Positions 40,767 through 50,114 of a stretch of DNA of 64,000 nt are shown here, piece by piece. The stretch's first letter is position 1. Each line of letters begins with the position of its first letter. The notes under the pieces were generated by a model that made no database searches, was not told where the DNA came from, and saw only the letters and a program-made list of their open reading frames with translations. The DNA lies in the IMG/VR virus record IMGVR_UViG_3300002231_001563, positions 32,001-96,000 of that record; one strand, written 5' to 3'. Position numbers and translations under genes: made by a program. This stretch comes from a virus.

Positions 40767-41407
40767 AAATCGTAAAATCACAACTAAGAAGACTCATTCA
40801 AGAAGAGCTAAGAGCACTTCTTCAAGAGCAACTCCCTCCGTCCGATGAAGAAGTGGCATCCGCTTTTGGTCATTCTCTCTCAACCGGCTTGTCCGACGAC
40901 GGAGAGTGGACTTCTGTAGATCGCTTAGATGAACCTGAATATGCAGCGATGCAACATGTGGTGGATCAGATTAAGGATTCCGGCGCCTTAACCGCCCTAA
41001 TGGATGAGATGCTCGAAGAAGAAGGGGTCTTGAAGGTATTACGAGTCGACCCCAGTCAAGTTTCAATCTTACGCCCTAAGTTGGAGCATTATTTAGATAA
41101 AGTGGTCTCTCACTTGCTCCAAGAAATCGATATCGAAACTATTATTACCAAGGGAATCGACGGCCAACTGCCCACATGGAAAGAATTTAATGGCTTTATT
41201 CGCAAGACAGTCGAGCATATGCCCCTGGATAGTCACAAACGCGTTGACCGCGTTGCTCAAGTTGCCCTCCGCTTGCTGTTGGGAGAATTAATGACACGCA
41301 CCGGTGGCCTGGGTACCGCCGCCGACAATCAATATGGCGTCGACGACTGGAATAGGAAAATGAAAGGCTTTCAGGATATCACTGAAGGCCGAAAGGGGAG
41401 GAAATAA
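40763..41407 (+). CDS. Hypothetical acidic protein (possible head/internal protein)
   Basis: ATG 40763 overlaps the upstream TGA; begins MKIVKSQLRRLIQEEL. Confidence 0.6.
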   Translation: MKIVKSQLRRLIQEELRALLQEQLPPSDEEVASAFGHSLSTGLSDDGEWTSVDRLDEPEYAAMQHVVDQIKDSGALTALMDEMLEEEGVLKVLRVDPSQVSILRPKLEHYLDKVVSHLLQEIDIETIITKGIDGQLPTWKEFNGFIRKTVEHMPLDSHKRVDRVAQVALRLLLGELMTRTGGLGTAADNQYGVDDWNRKMKGFQDITEGRKGRK

Positions 41408-41411
41408 TCCG

Positions 41412-41930
41412 ATGGCAACAACATTAGAAATCATTCAAGGAATCAACCAGGCAGCTGCAAATGCATATGACGGCGCACACGACGAGCGTTTTGTCACTGG
41501 CGACACCAAAAAGCTCGGCCTAAGCCGGGAAGAGGGGTGCCCTATCATGGATAGCCGCGTGTCTGATGGTTTTGGTATCAAAATTATAGGCAATAAGCTC
41601 CAAATCAATTATGAAGCCAATGTGCGCCTTCAGGATGTGTATGCTGTTGGCTTTGAGGAAGAGTGTGAGCGCCGAATTGAGCAAATTGCTGCCTTTTTGG
41701 TGAAAGAATATAAAATTATTACTGGAAGCACACTCTCTCTGACGGCCGAGGGTGAGGCGCACTGCTTCGTTCAGAATACTTCCCGAGTCCGCACTTTTGT
41801 GATGTGTCATAAACTTTATCGCATCAATTCTCTTAAAAATGTAGAGACTCTAGGGGAAGCTGTGACGGACCCTATGGACGTCAAATACCAGAAATTTTTA
41901 AAAGAAGGTAGTTTTTTAGATAGTGAATAA
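41412..41930 (+). CDS. Hypothetical protein upstream of terminase
   Basis: 172-aa ORF abutting the terL start. Confidence 0.65.
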   Translation: MATTLEIIQGINQAAANAYDGAHDERFVTGDTKKLGLSREEGCPIMDSRVSDGFGIKIIGNKLQINYEANVRLQDVYAVGFEEECERRIEQIAAFLVKEYKIITGSTLSLTAEGEAHCFVQNTSRVRTFVMCHKLYRINSLKNVETLGEAVTDPMDVKYQKFLKEGSFLDSE

Positions 41931-43520
41931 ATGTCGTACACTTTATCCAAAAAGGAGATAGTGGCAGAAATACTAAAATCGGGGAAAGATCCCGTTTATT
42001 TTATTAACAATTATGCCCGAATATCTCACCCCATCAGGGGGTTAATTCCTTTCAAGACCTACGATTACCAATCGGATTTGTTGGTCGATTTTAATGATTA
42101 TCGCTTCAACATTATCTTAAAAGCGCGCCAATTGGGGATCTCAACAATCGCCGCCGCATATATTGTGTGGCTCATGCTATTTCACCGCGATAAAAATATC
42201 CTTGTAATGGCCACCAAATTCAAGACGGCGGCTAATTTAGTCAAAAAAGTAAAAGCTATCATGAAGAACGTTCCTGATTTTCTCCTAATAGCAGAGATAT
42301 CTATCGATAATCGAGCCTCTTTTGAATTATCCAATGGGTCACAGATCCAAGCTGCCTCCACCTCCGGCGACGCCGGCCGATCAGAGGCCCTCTCTCTACT
42401 GGTTATTGATGAGGCAGCCCATGTGGAGAATTTGGATGAGTTGTGGGCCGGCCTCTACCCTACCATTTCAACTGGTGGTCGCGTGATAGCCTTGAGTACG
42501 CCCAACGGTGTGGGAAATTGGTTTCACAAAACATATGCGGAATCGGCCGAGGGAGCTAATGATTTCCATCCTATCTTGTTGCCTTGGGATGTTCATCCCG
42601 ATCGCGATCAAGCGTGGTTTGATAAAGAGACACGTAATATGTCTCGCCGCGAAATTGCCCAAGAACTGGAGTGCAATTTTAATACTTCCGGTGAGACAGT
42701 CATTCACCCCGATGATATCCAGTGGATAGAGTCTATCGTAACTGATCCTAAATATCGCACTAGTTTCGACAGAAATATGTGGATTTGGGAAGAATATATA
42801 CCCGAATGTACTTATTTATTGGTAGCTGACGTGGCCCGAGGCGACGGCGCCGACTTTTCTGTCTTTCATATTATAAAACTAGAGACAATGGAGGTGGTGG
42901 CCGAATATCAGGGAAAGCCGAGTCTAGATATGTATTCCAATGTATTAATGCAGGCTGGAAAAGAATATGGAAATTGCCTTCTGGTCGTGGAGAATGTGGG
43001 AATTGGGATATCCATCTTGGAAAAACTGGTAGATCTCGGCTATCCCAACTTATATTACTCCATTAAAAGCACTCATGAGTTCGTAGACAGCAACCAGGGA
43101 GAGACGGATAGCTCCGCCATTCCGGGTTTTACCACATCTTTGAAGACGCGCCCCCTTATTGTTGCAAAATTAGAAGAATTCATCAGAAACAAACTAATTA
43201 AGGTATATTCAGTTCGTTTTTCGAATGAATTGCGAACTTTTATCTGGCATAATGGAAAGCCGCAGGCGATGCGAGGTTACAATGATGATCTCATTATGGC
43301 CTTGGCAATAGCCTGCTGGGTAAGAGACACAGCTTTAGCGGTCAACAAGAGGGAAGTCGAATATAAAAAAGCATGCCTTAATTCAATAATAGCAGTCAAT
43401 ACTAAAATTAATACTGCCATGCCGGGAATGGAAGGCTATGATCGAAAGCAATCATTAGACGAGAAAATGTTTAAAACAAAAGAAGAATATAAAAAATATT
43501 CATGGCTAATCAAAGGATAA
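41931..43520 (+). CDS. terL: Terminase large subunit (T4 gp17-like)
   Basis: ILKARQLGIST (Walker A), LLVIDEAA (Walker B), ALSTPNG (motif III), nuclease ADVARGDGADFS and NDDLIMALAIA. Confidence 0.95.
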   Translation: MSYTLSKKEIVAEILKSGKDPVYFINNYARISHPIRGLIPFKTYDYQSDLLVDFNDYRFNIILKARQLGISTIAAAYIVWLMLFHRDKNILVMATKFKTAANLVKKVKAIMKNVPDFLLIAEISIDNRASFELSNGSQIQAASTSGDAGRSEALSLLVIDEAAHVENLDELWAGLYPTISTGGRVIALSTPNGVGNWFHKTYAESAEGANDFHPILLPWDVHPDRDQAWFDKETRNMSRREIAQELECNFNTSGETVIHPDDIQWIESIVTDPKYRTSFDRNMWIWEEYIPECTYLLVADVARGDGADFSVFHIIKLETMEVVAEYQGKPSLDMYSNVLMQAGKEYGNCLLVVENVGIGISILEKLVDLGYPNLYYSIKSTHEFVDSNQGETDSSAIPGFTTSLKTRPLIVAKLEEFIRNKLIKVYSVRFSNELRTFIWHNGKPQAMRGYNDDLIMALAIACWVRDTALAVNKREVEYKKACLNSIIAVNTKINTAMPGMEGYDRKQSLDEKMFKTKEEYKKYSWLIKG

Positions 43521-43523
43521 AAA

Positions 43524-45482
43524 ATGGCAGATAGAGAAAAAAACCCCAATAATCCCCAATCGGAATTATTTCGCCGACTGACTAGATTATTTTCAGGGCC
43601 GATTGTGAATTGGCGCACTCAGATGAACCGGAAGATTCGCAGAACTTCGCTGGATAAGTACGCAACCCAATTCCAGTCAGCTTCGGGGCAACAATTCAAG
43701 CGATCGGAGTATTCTCCATTCGATGTGATGCATTCTAAAATAATGGCTCAACAAAATAGAGCCGAACGATATATCGATTATGAACAAATGGAATATATGC
43801 CTGAAATTGCGTCGGCTTTGGATATATATGCAGATGAAATGACCACGCATTCGGCGCTGTCACCCATGTTGCACATTCAGTGCAGCAATGAGGAAATCAA
43901 GGCCGTCCTTCATTCTTTATACGAGAATGTGCTCAATGTAAACCATAATTTATTTGGCTGGTGCCGCTCTATGTGTAAGTTCGGCGACTTTATTCTATAT
44001 ATGGATATCGATGAGCGCCTCGGGGTTAAATCAGTGATCCCTATTCCCTTGAGAGAGGTGGAACGCATGGAGGGAGAGGACCCCACCAATCCCAATTATG
44101 TACAATATCAATGGAACTCAGCCGGAATGACTTTTGAAAATTGGCAAATCGCTCATTTTCGCATTTTAGGAAATGACAAATATGCGCCGTATGGCACTTC
44201 AGTACTCGACCCAGCGCGCCGCATATGGCGCCAATTAGTCCTGATGGAGGATGCCATGATGGCATACCGCATTGTGAGATCTGCCGAGCGCCGCGTTTTC
44301 TATGTGGATGTGGGCAATATAGCTCCTCAAGATGTGGAAACCTATGTCCAGAAAACAATTACTTCAATGAAGCGAAACCAAGTTGTCGACGCAAACACCG
44401 GCCGAGTGGATTTACGGTATAACCCTATGTCTGTCGAGGAGGATTATTTTATTCCAATTCGCGGAGGAGAGTCATCAAAGATAGAGACGCTGCCGGGAGG
44501 ACAATTTACGGGAGACATCGACGATGTGAAATATTTGAGAGACAAAATGTTTGCAGCCCTAAAGGTACCACCCGCATATCTATCCAGTGATTCAGAAGCC
44601 GGCGCCAACGAAGATAAAACGACTTTGGCTCAGAAAGATGTGCGATTTGCGCGCACCATTCAACGCCTTCAACGGGCCGTTCTCACCGAATTAGAGAAAA
44701 TTGGAATTGTCCACCTATATACATTGGGATTTCGTGGTGATGATTTGGTGAGCTTCCGTGTTAAGCTTAATAATCCTTCCAAAATCGCCGAACTGCAAGA
44801 ATTAGAACACTGGAAGACTAAATTTGAAATCGCTGGCGGAGCAACTGAAAATTTCTTTAGTCGGCGTTGGATTGCAGAAAATATTTTTAACCTCTCTGAA
44901 GAGGACTTTGTGCGCAACCAGCGCGAAATGTTCCATGATCGTAAGTACGAAGCCGAGCTAAATGCGGTGGCCGAGGTCGCAGGGGAGGAAGCAGCTATTG
45001 CCCTTGGTGGCGGCGAAGGTATTGAAGAGATGGGCGAAGAGGAATTTGGAGAAACCGCCTCTCCTGGTGGAGACACCGATTCAGAAGGCCTTGATATCGA
45101 TATGGACACCGATACTGAAGAAGGGGCCCTCTTAGATGTACCAGCCAAAAGAAATGATACGGAGCGAGATTCCCGCGCCCGTCGAGTCTATCGCACGCCG
45201 GGCGATAAAGGTAAAAAGCACGTCCCACGCCGATTCCGAGGAGGCGACGGCCGAACAAATGGGCGCCCCGCCCAGATGGCCGCCCTTGCATTCCCGCGAG
45301 CCAAGGATGTTGTACCGGGCTCTAGTGATTTGGTAGGGGGGCTTTCTAAAGGTATTTACGAGTCGAAACCCACTATTTATAGTAAAGAAGAAGAGCTTTT
45401 ATTCGAAGCGTCCTCTCAGGTTCAAAATTTGATTGGGGAATTACAAAAATCGGAGATTCAGTTAGATGAAGATGAAGCATAA
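43524..45482 (+). CDS. Portal protein (T4 gp20-like) with extended C-terminus
   Basis: PEIASALDIYADE; LMEDAMMAYRIVRSAERRVFYVDVGN; EDYFIPIRGG...IETLPGG...IDDVKYLRDKMFAALKVP. Confidence 0.95.
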   Translation: MADREKNPNNPQSELFRRLTRLFSGPIVNWRTQMNRKIRRTSLDKYATQFQSASGQQFKRSEYSPFDVMHSKIMAQQNRAERYIDYEQMEYMPEIASALDIYADEMTTHSALSPMLHIQCSNEEIKAVLHSLYENVLNVNHNLFGWCRSMCKFGDFILYMDIDERLGVKSVIPIPLREVERMEGEDPTNPNYVQYQWNSAGMTFENWQIAHFRILGNDKYAPYGTSVLDPARRIWRQLVLMEDAMMAYRIVRSAERRVFYVDVGNIAPQDVETYVQKTITSMKRNQVVDANTGRVDLRYNPMSVEEDYFIPIRGGESSKIETLPGGQFTGDIDDVKYLRDKMFAALKVPPAYLSSDSEAGANEDKTTLAQKDVRFARTIQRLQRAVLTELEKIGIVHLYTLGFRGDDLVSFRVKLNNPSKIAELQELEHWKTKFEIAGGATENFFSRRWIAENIFNLSEEDFVRNQREMFHDRKYEAELNAVAEVAGEEAAIALGGGEGIEEMGEEEFGETASPGGDTDSEGLDIDMDTDTEEGALLDVPAKRNDTERDSRARRVYRTPGDKGKKHVPRRFRGGDGRTNGRPAQMAALAFPRAKDVVPGSSDLVGGLSKGIYESKPTIYSKEEELLFEASSQVQNLIGELQKSEIQLDEDEA

Positions 45483-46284
45483 TAAAAAGCGTAATACTGC
45501 TTTTATATTTGAAGTATTAATTCGGGAATTAACCAAAAGTGTCATTTCTAAAGATGAGCGCGCCAAAAGAAAGATTATGCGCATCATCCGCGAGCATTTT
45601 AAGGGAAATACCCTGTTGGCTAAGGATCTGGAACTATATAAATCTATTTTAGAAACGGAAAATGTGGAGCGACATATTGCTGAGCGCATCATTTTTGAAT
45701 CGAGAATGGTTAAGAAGAGCATTAATGCGAAACAACTATTTGTCGAGCAAACAGAAATTATCGATCGCATCAATAAAGAGATTCCGGGCCCTGTTTTTTC
45801 TAATTTTGTGCCCAATTACAAGGATTTGGCCACCGTTTTTCAAATTTTTAATCCCAAATCGCGCACTAAACAGCGGGTTTTGCTAGAACACCAAATGGTG
45901 GAGACTATGATTTCGGATGAGGAGCGAGAAAAGGACCTTCTGAAGCCCATTGATAACTTAACTTACAAAACTTTTGTCAAAAAGTTTAATGAAAAATACA
46001 CCGATAACCTAATGGAAGAACAAAAGAGCCTATTACAGAAATATGTTACTTCATTTACGGACAATGGCATTGAAATCAAAATATATTTAAATGAAGAGAT
46101 CCCGCGCCTACACGAATTGCTCAAAAAAGCTTTAACGATGCCAGCAATAAAAAACGACAAAGATATGCTTCACAAAACGGAGCAAGTTATTGAAATTCTG
46201 CAATCATCTTCAAAGAGGCCTCTGGATAACAAATTTGTTCATGATATCCTCAAAATTCAAAATTTAACTAAGGAGTTGGGATAA
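45466..46284 (+). CDS. Hypothetical head-module protein
   Basis: 272-aa helical ORF (KHNKKRNTAFIFEVL) after portal; start may be 45472. Confidence 0.65.
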   Translation: MKMKHNKKRNTAFIFEVLIRELTKSVISKDERAKRKIMRIIREHFKGNTLLAKDLELYKSILETENVERHIAERIIFESRMVKKSINAKQLFVEQTEIIDRINKEIPGPVFSNFVPNYKDLATVFQIFNPKSRTKQRVLLEHQMVETMISDEEREKDLLKPIDNLTYKTFVKKFNEKYTDNLMEEQKSLLQKYVTSFTDNGIEIKIYLNEEIPRLHELLKKALTMPAIKNDKDMLHKTEQVIEILQSSSKRPLDNKFVHDILKIQNLTKELG

Positions 46285-46835
46285 TGGCCATTACTATCAC
46301 AGTGGGAGCAGCTGCTAAACAACAGACCGTACAGCTGGAATTAAAGGCTCGCAAGACGCTTGATGGTAATATTTTAATTTTTGACCACGAGGAGATGGAT
46401 ATTGTTATTATGCCAGCCAAGAGTAAAGTGGTCACATTTGCTAAAAACGCCTTTAATACGACTGTATATGAGGCCCAAAGCCGATTATTTAGCTTTCTTA
46501 AAAAGAGTGGAGTTATTGAGTTTGAATCTATCCGAGGCGGCAGTGTCTACGGCTCTTTAGAGGGAAGTATTCCTATACCGCTTAATGAAGACGTCAATGC
46601 CATTGATTACACTATTTATGGAATTTATAAATTTCTTAAAGAAGAACAGCCTTATTACGATTATATTGAAGATTATGAACACATGTTGGATGATTATTAC
46701 ACCGAACCCACAGACAAGGATTCTACTGCCCTAGGAGAAGTACCTCAGGCCACCGAGAAAGGTTCGATCAAGCCAGGATACAACTATTCTCCCTATTGGA
46801 TGAGTTATATGTTAGAAGAACAAAAGGAAAAATAG
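46284..46835 (+). CDS. Hypothetical head-module protein
   Basis: 183-aa ORF; TAATG overlap with the upstream gene. Confidence 0.65.
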   Translation: MAITITVGAAAKQQTVQLELKARKTLDGNILIFDHEEMDIVIMPAKSKVVTFAKNAFNTTVYEAQSRLFSFLKKSGVIEFESIRGGSVYGSLEGSIPIPLNEDVNAIDYTIYGIYKFLKEEQPYYDYIEDYEHMLDDYYTEPTDKDSTALGEVPQATEKGSIKPGYNYSPYWMSYMLEEQKEK

Positions 46836-47119
46836 TGTCTCTTTTGTATTTTGTTTTGGCTTCCTATGGGCTGACTCAACTCTTGTGCTATGGGCGAATC
46901 TTCCAGCGCATCCGACCGACCGGATATTTTTGGTCATGCCCTATGTGTGTGGGATTTTGGGTGGGAATTTTTTTATGTGGGATTAGCCCTTGGACCGAAC
47001 TATTTACTTTTGAACTGAGCATCACAAACTTATTTATTTGTGGGTCGCTGAGTTCAGGAACTTCATATATTTTAAATATGACATTTGGAGACAATGGCAT
47101 AAATCTACAGAGGAGGTGA
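46835..47119 (+). CDS. DUF1360-like small membrane protein
   Basis: GTG start overlapping the upstream TAG; hydrophobic segments with SCPMCVGFWVG, similar to the DUF1360 LSCP.C...W motif. Confidence 0.55.
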   Translation: MSLLYFVLASYGLTQLLCYGRIFQRIRPTGYFWSCPMCVGFWVGIFLCGISPWTELFTFELSITNLFICGSLSSGTSYILNMTFGDNGINLQRR

Positions 47120-47122
47120 GTT

Positions 47123-47176
47123 ATGCTTATCAGATATATGCTTCGTGGGGTTCGACGCTGCAAAAACGGTTGTTGA
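47123..47176 (+). CDS. Micro-ORF, 17 aa (MLIRYMLRGVRRCKNGC)
   Basis: Perfect SD AGGAGGT at 47111-47117 with 5-nt spacer; fills the gap before the protease; not in the ORF track. Confidence 0.5.
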   Translation: MLIRYMLRGVRRCKNGC

Positions 47177-47227
47177 ATTTAGCGCCCGCTAGGGCGCGCC
47201 CTTTACTAAAGAATGGAGAAAAGACTA

Positions 47228-47842
47228 ATGTCTAAAGTTTTATTGAGAGAATACTACGCGTTGTGTGAGGGTGGCGTTTGTCAAGATTTGCTCACCGAGG
47301 CGGAAAAGAGAGATATTAAAGAAAATAATGCCATGTATTTGACTGGCCTCATGCAACAGGCAGATACTCAAAATGGAAATGGAAGAGTATATCCTCAGAA
47401 AGTATTGATGAGGGAAATGGAGAATTATCGGAAGCTCGTTAAGGAAAAGCGCGCCCTGGGAGAATTAGACCATCCTGATGATTCAGTCATCAATCTAAAA
47501 AATGCAAGTCACATGGTGACTAATATTTGGTCCGATGGGCCAAAGGTCATGGGTACCGTTAAGATTCTGGATACTCCGGCCGGAGGGATCCTGCGATCCT
47601 TGGTGGAGTCCGGGGTTCAGTTAGGTATTTCATCACGAGGCTTGGGATCAGTCCGCGAAAGCATGAATGGGGGAGTGGTGGTGGAGGACGATTTTCAACT
47701 TATTTGTTTTGATTTCGTGTCTGAGCCGAGCACTCCAAACGCTTATATGAACCTCCAGGAAGGAAAACAATATAGCGAGCCAAATATTTTTACTAAAGCT
47801 GACAGGATAAACCGAGCTTTAAACGAGGTCTTAGGTAAATAA
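47228..47842 (+). CDS. Prohead core protease (T4 gp21-like)
   Basis: NGNGRVYP; ALGELDHP; SHMV (His); GISSRGLGS (Ser); CFDFVSEPST. Confidence 0.95.
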   Translation: MSKVLLREYYALCEGGVCQDLLTEAEKRDIKENNAMYLTGLMQQADTQNGNGRVYPQKVLMREMENYRKLVKEKRALGELDHPDDSVINLKNASHMVTNIWSDGPKVMGTVKILDTPAGGILRSLVESGVQLGISSRGLGSVRESMNGGVVVEDDFQLICFDFVSEPSTPNAYMNLQEGKQYSEPNIFTKADRINRALNEVLGK

Positions 47843-48261
47843 TGAAAAAATCAGAACTAAAGGCGACTTTAAAACCTCTTATCAAAGAATGTATTAAAGA
47901 AGTGATCTTCGAAGAGGGTGTCTTGTCAGGTTTAATTAAGGAGGTAGCTCACGGGCTGGCTGAGCCCCAAGTTATCACAGAAGTGGACCCACCAGCGCAA
48001 GATTTTAGCCGCCAACGCGCAGAAATGCATGAAGAAATGAAAAATACTCTCAATGAGCGCAAGCGAACCCTTGAAAAAAGCTTGGGCTCTTCTTTTGACG
48101 GAGTATTTTCGAACATGTCCCCTATGGATACGCCACCATCACCTGGAAGCGGCAATTCCCCCCAATCCCCGCTTGCAGGCCACGCGCCGTCTGACCCGGG
48201 GGTAGATATTAGTGGTATTTTAGCTCTAGGTTCGGGCGAGAATTGGAAAAAGATGATTTAA
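47842..48261 (+). CDS. Hypothetical head-module protein
   Basis: 139 aa, TAATG-coupled to the protease; N-terminus MKKSELKATLKPLIKECIKE. Confidence 0.65.
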   Translation: MKKSELKATLKPLIKECIKEVIFEEGVLSGLIKEVAHGLAEPQVITEVDPPAQDFSRQRAEMHEEMKNTLNERKRTLEKSLGSSFDGVFSNMSPMDTPPSPGSGNSPQSPLAGHAPSDPGVDISGILALGSGENWKKMI

Positions 48262-48272
48262 GTTCTCTAAAT

Positions 48273-48282
48273 ACTATTTATA
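48273..48282 (+). promoter_or_regulatory. Candidate late promoter motif ACTATTTATA
   Basis: Intergenic, upstream of bS21. Confidence 0.55.
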
Positions 48283-48321
48283 GAATGAAGGCTAGATGCC
48301 TTGCCTCACCATGGAGTCACG

Positions 48322-48543
48322 ATGGCTAAAAAACCAGTAAATGTCTCAACGCGCCCACGTGGCCGCAATGACAATCCCTTGCGCATGATCCGGAGATTCA
48401 TGAAAAAGGTAAAAAAAGAAAGGGTAATAGAAACTTATAGAGAAAAACAACGCTATGAGAAGCCCTCTGAAAAAAGATCGAAAGCCAAAAAGCGCCGCAA
48501 ACGCGTTTTAGATAAACTACGAGAAAAAGAAAGAATTTCATAA
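48322..48543 (+). CDS. rpsU: Phage-encoded 30S ribosomal protein bS21
   Basis: 73 aa, very basic; V.V.......PLRMIRRFMKKVKKERVIETYREKQRYEKPSEKR matches the bS21 pattern ALRRFK...G.L.E.R.R..YEKPS; GGAG RBS. Confidence 0.75.
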   Translation: MAKKPVNVSTRPRGRNDNPLRMIRRFMKKVKKERVIETYREKQRYEKPSEKRSKAKKRRKRVLDKLREKERIS

Positions 48544-48550
48544 AATAAAA

Positions 48551-48558
48551 ACTAATTA
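48551..48558 (+). promoter_or_regulatory. Candidate late promoter motif ACTAATTA
   Basis: Intergenic, 28 nt before ATG 48587. Confidence 0.5.
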
Positions 48559-48586
48559 TTATATGAAATAGGAGTGTCATAATCAA

Positions 48587-49012
48587 ATGTCCATATACGA
48601 ATACAAAGCGGGCCTAGGAAATTCCGCATCTTATCAGGTATCAGGAAAGCCGTGGGCTTCGGGCTCTATCAATGTAAATACCATCTCATCTGCAGGAACC
48701 GACCCTCAAAGAATCGCCTTTCCTTTTGTCACACAATGGTTTAATATCCGAAATCACGATACCGCCAGCAGCCGCGACATATATCTCGCCTTCTCTAAAG
48801 CAGGCCTTCCTTCACAAGGGGGCACTAACCACATCAAGATTCCAGACGCAGGAGCCACCACTCCCAATTCCCCCGCGTTCATGATGCGCTTTAAAGTGTC
48901 AGAGATATGGATAGAGGGTACCTCCACGGAATGTGATATTATGGCCGGACTCACCGGAATTCAATCAAGCGAACTCTTAAACAACTGGTCTGGCAGTGCC
49001 GGAGTGGGCTAA
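48587..49012 (+). CDS. Hypothetical beta-rich protein (possible capsid decoration)
   Basis: 141 aa, AGGAG RBS, located in the head module. Confidence 0.6.
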   Translation: MSIYEYKAGLGNSASYQVSGKPWASGSINVNTISSAGTDPQRIAFPFVTQWFNIRNHDTASSRDIYLAFSKAGLPSQGGTNHIKIPDAGATTPNSPAFMMRFKVSEIWIEGTSTECDIMAGLTGIQSSELLNNWSGSAGVG

Positions 49013-49067
49013 TTTAAAAAACCGAATAATCCCTTTTATAAAAATGTGTCTTTTTACATTTTTCTAA

Positions 49068-49075
49068 ACTATTTA
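49068..49075 (+). promoter_or_regulatory. Candidate late promoter motif ACTATTTA
   Basis: Intergenic, 34 nt before the scaffold ATG 49110. Confidence 0.55.
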
Positions 49076-49109
49076 TTTTTGAGTATTTTTATAAGAGGGG
49101 AGTCTTTTT

Positions 49110-50099
49110 ATGTCTTCATTATTGGAACAAGCTATAGTCGATGCATCGGCACTTCGCGACGCGGCAATCAAGAACGCCGAAACGGCAATTTTAAATAAGT
49201 ATTCTACCGATATTCGAGAAGCGGTAGAGGCTCTTCTTGAGCAGGATGAGGAACAGGGTGAGGAGCTATCTGCCAGTTTGGAAGACACAATCCCCCTTGC
49301 ATTGGAGCCCCAAGCGGCATCGACCGCCGGCGAAATAGTCCTCAGCATGGAAGAATTGAAGGATATGGCGGATGCCCTTGCAGCAGAAGACGAAGCATTG
49401 GTAGGGGAGCCATCTTCGCATGAAGATTTGACAAACTCGGTTGACGCAGTTACTGATGGTCCACCGGCCCCACGTCCCGACGCAGACGACGTCGCCGCAG
49501 TTCCGGTGACCGCCACCCTAGAGGAAGAGGTGGAAATAGAAGATTTGGAAGACCTCTTAGAAGAGTTGGTAGTAGATATCACTCCTCAAAAGTCGGGATG
49601 GGCGGGTACACCTGAACCCATCATGATGTATAAAACTGAACTAGAGCTGGCACATCGAGCAGCCACCAAAACTAAAGAAGAAATAGAAGCATTAACTAAA
49701 GCTGGAGAGAGACTATCCGAGGACAACGCCTCGTTGAAGAGCAAGAATAAGAAAATGCTCCACGCCCTCCAAGCTTTAAAAGAAAATTTTGATAAAATAA
49801 ACCTCTCAAACGCGAGGTTGGTTTATACGAACCGCATTTTGACAACTGGCTCCTTGAATGAGCGGCAAAAAGAAAAAATTGTTGAAGCGTTGTCTAAGGC
49901 TGGTTCGATCGAAGAAGCAAAGGTAATTTTTGAAACTCTTGAAAGCGCTGTGGGAGGAGTAACGGGTAAAGCCCCTCCACAATCACTCCGTGAGACCATC
50001 GAAAGACCTTCTGCCACTTTACCCAGAAGAGCACCTAAGACTGAGCATGTTCCTGCAATAAGCAGGATGCAAGTTTTAGCTGGAATTAAAGACAAATAA
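49110..50099 (+). CDS. Prohead scaffolding/core protein (gp22-like)
   Basis: Acidic coiled coil directly upstream of MCP; C-terminal RMQVLAGI. Confidence 0.7.
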   Translation: MSSLLEQAIVDASALRDAAIKNAETAILNKYSTDIREAVEALLEQDEEQGEELSASLEDTIPLALEPQAASTAGEIVLSMEELKDMADALAAEDEALVGEPSSHEDLTNSVDAVTDGPPAPRPDADDVAAVPVTATLEEEVEIEDLEDLLEELVVDITPQKSGWAGTPEPIMMYKTELELAHRAATKTKEEIEALTKAGERLSEDNASLKSKNKKMLHALQALKENFDKINLSNARLVYTNRILTTGSLNERQKEKIVEALSKAGSIEEAKVIFETLESAVGGVTGKAPPQSLRETIERPSATLPRRAPKTEHVPAISRMQVLAGIKDK

Positions 50100-50114
50100 G
50101 GAGATTTTTACATT

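Noticed and set aside
41931-43520. Intein or intron in terL, portal, MCP or primase
   Set aside because: No intein splice motifs or LAGLIDADG/HNH inserts; conserved blocks are at normal spacing.
33273-47006. In-gene ACTATTTA copies at 33273, 40586 and 46999
   Set aside because: They are 170-250 nt from the next start, and a few chance copies are expected in AT-rich DNA of this length.
48285-48329. Short ORF MKARCLASPWSHDG right after the motif, and a similar one at 51961
   Set aside because: No SD and no compositional support; expected by chance.
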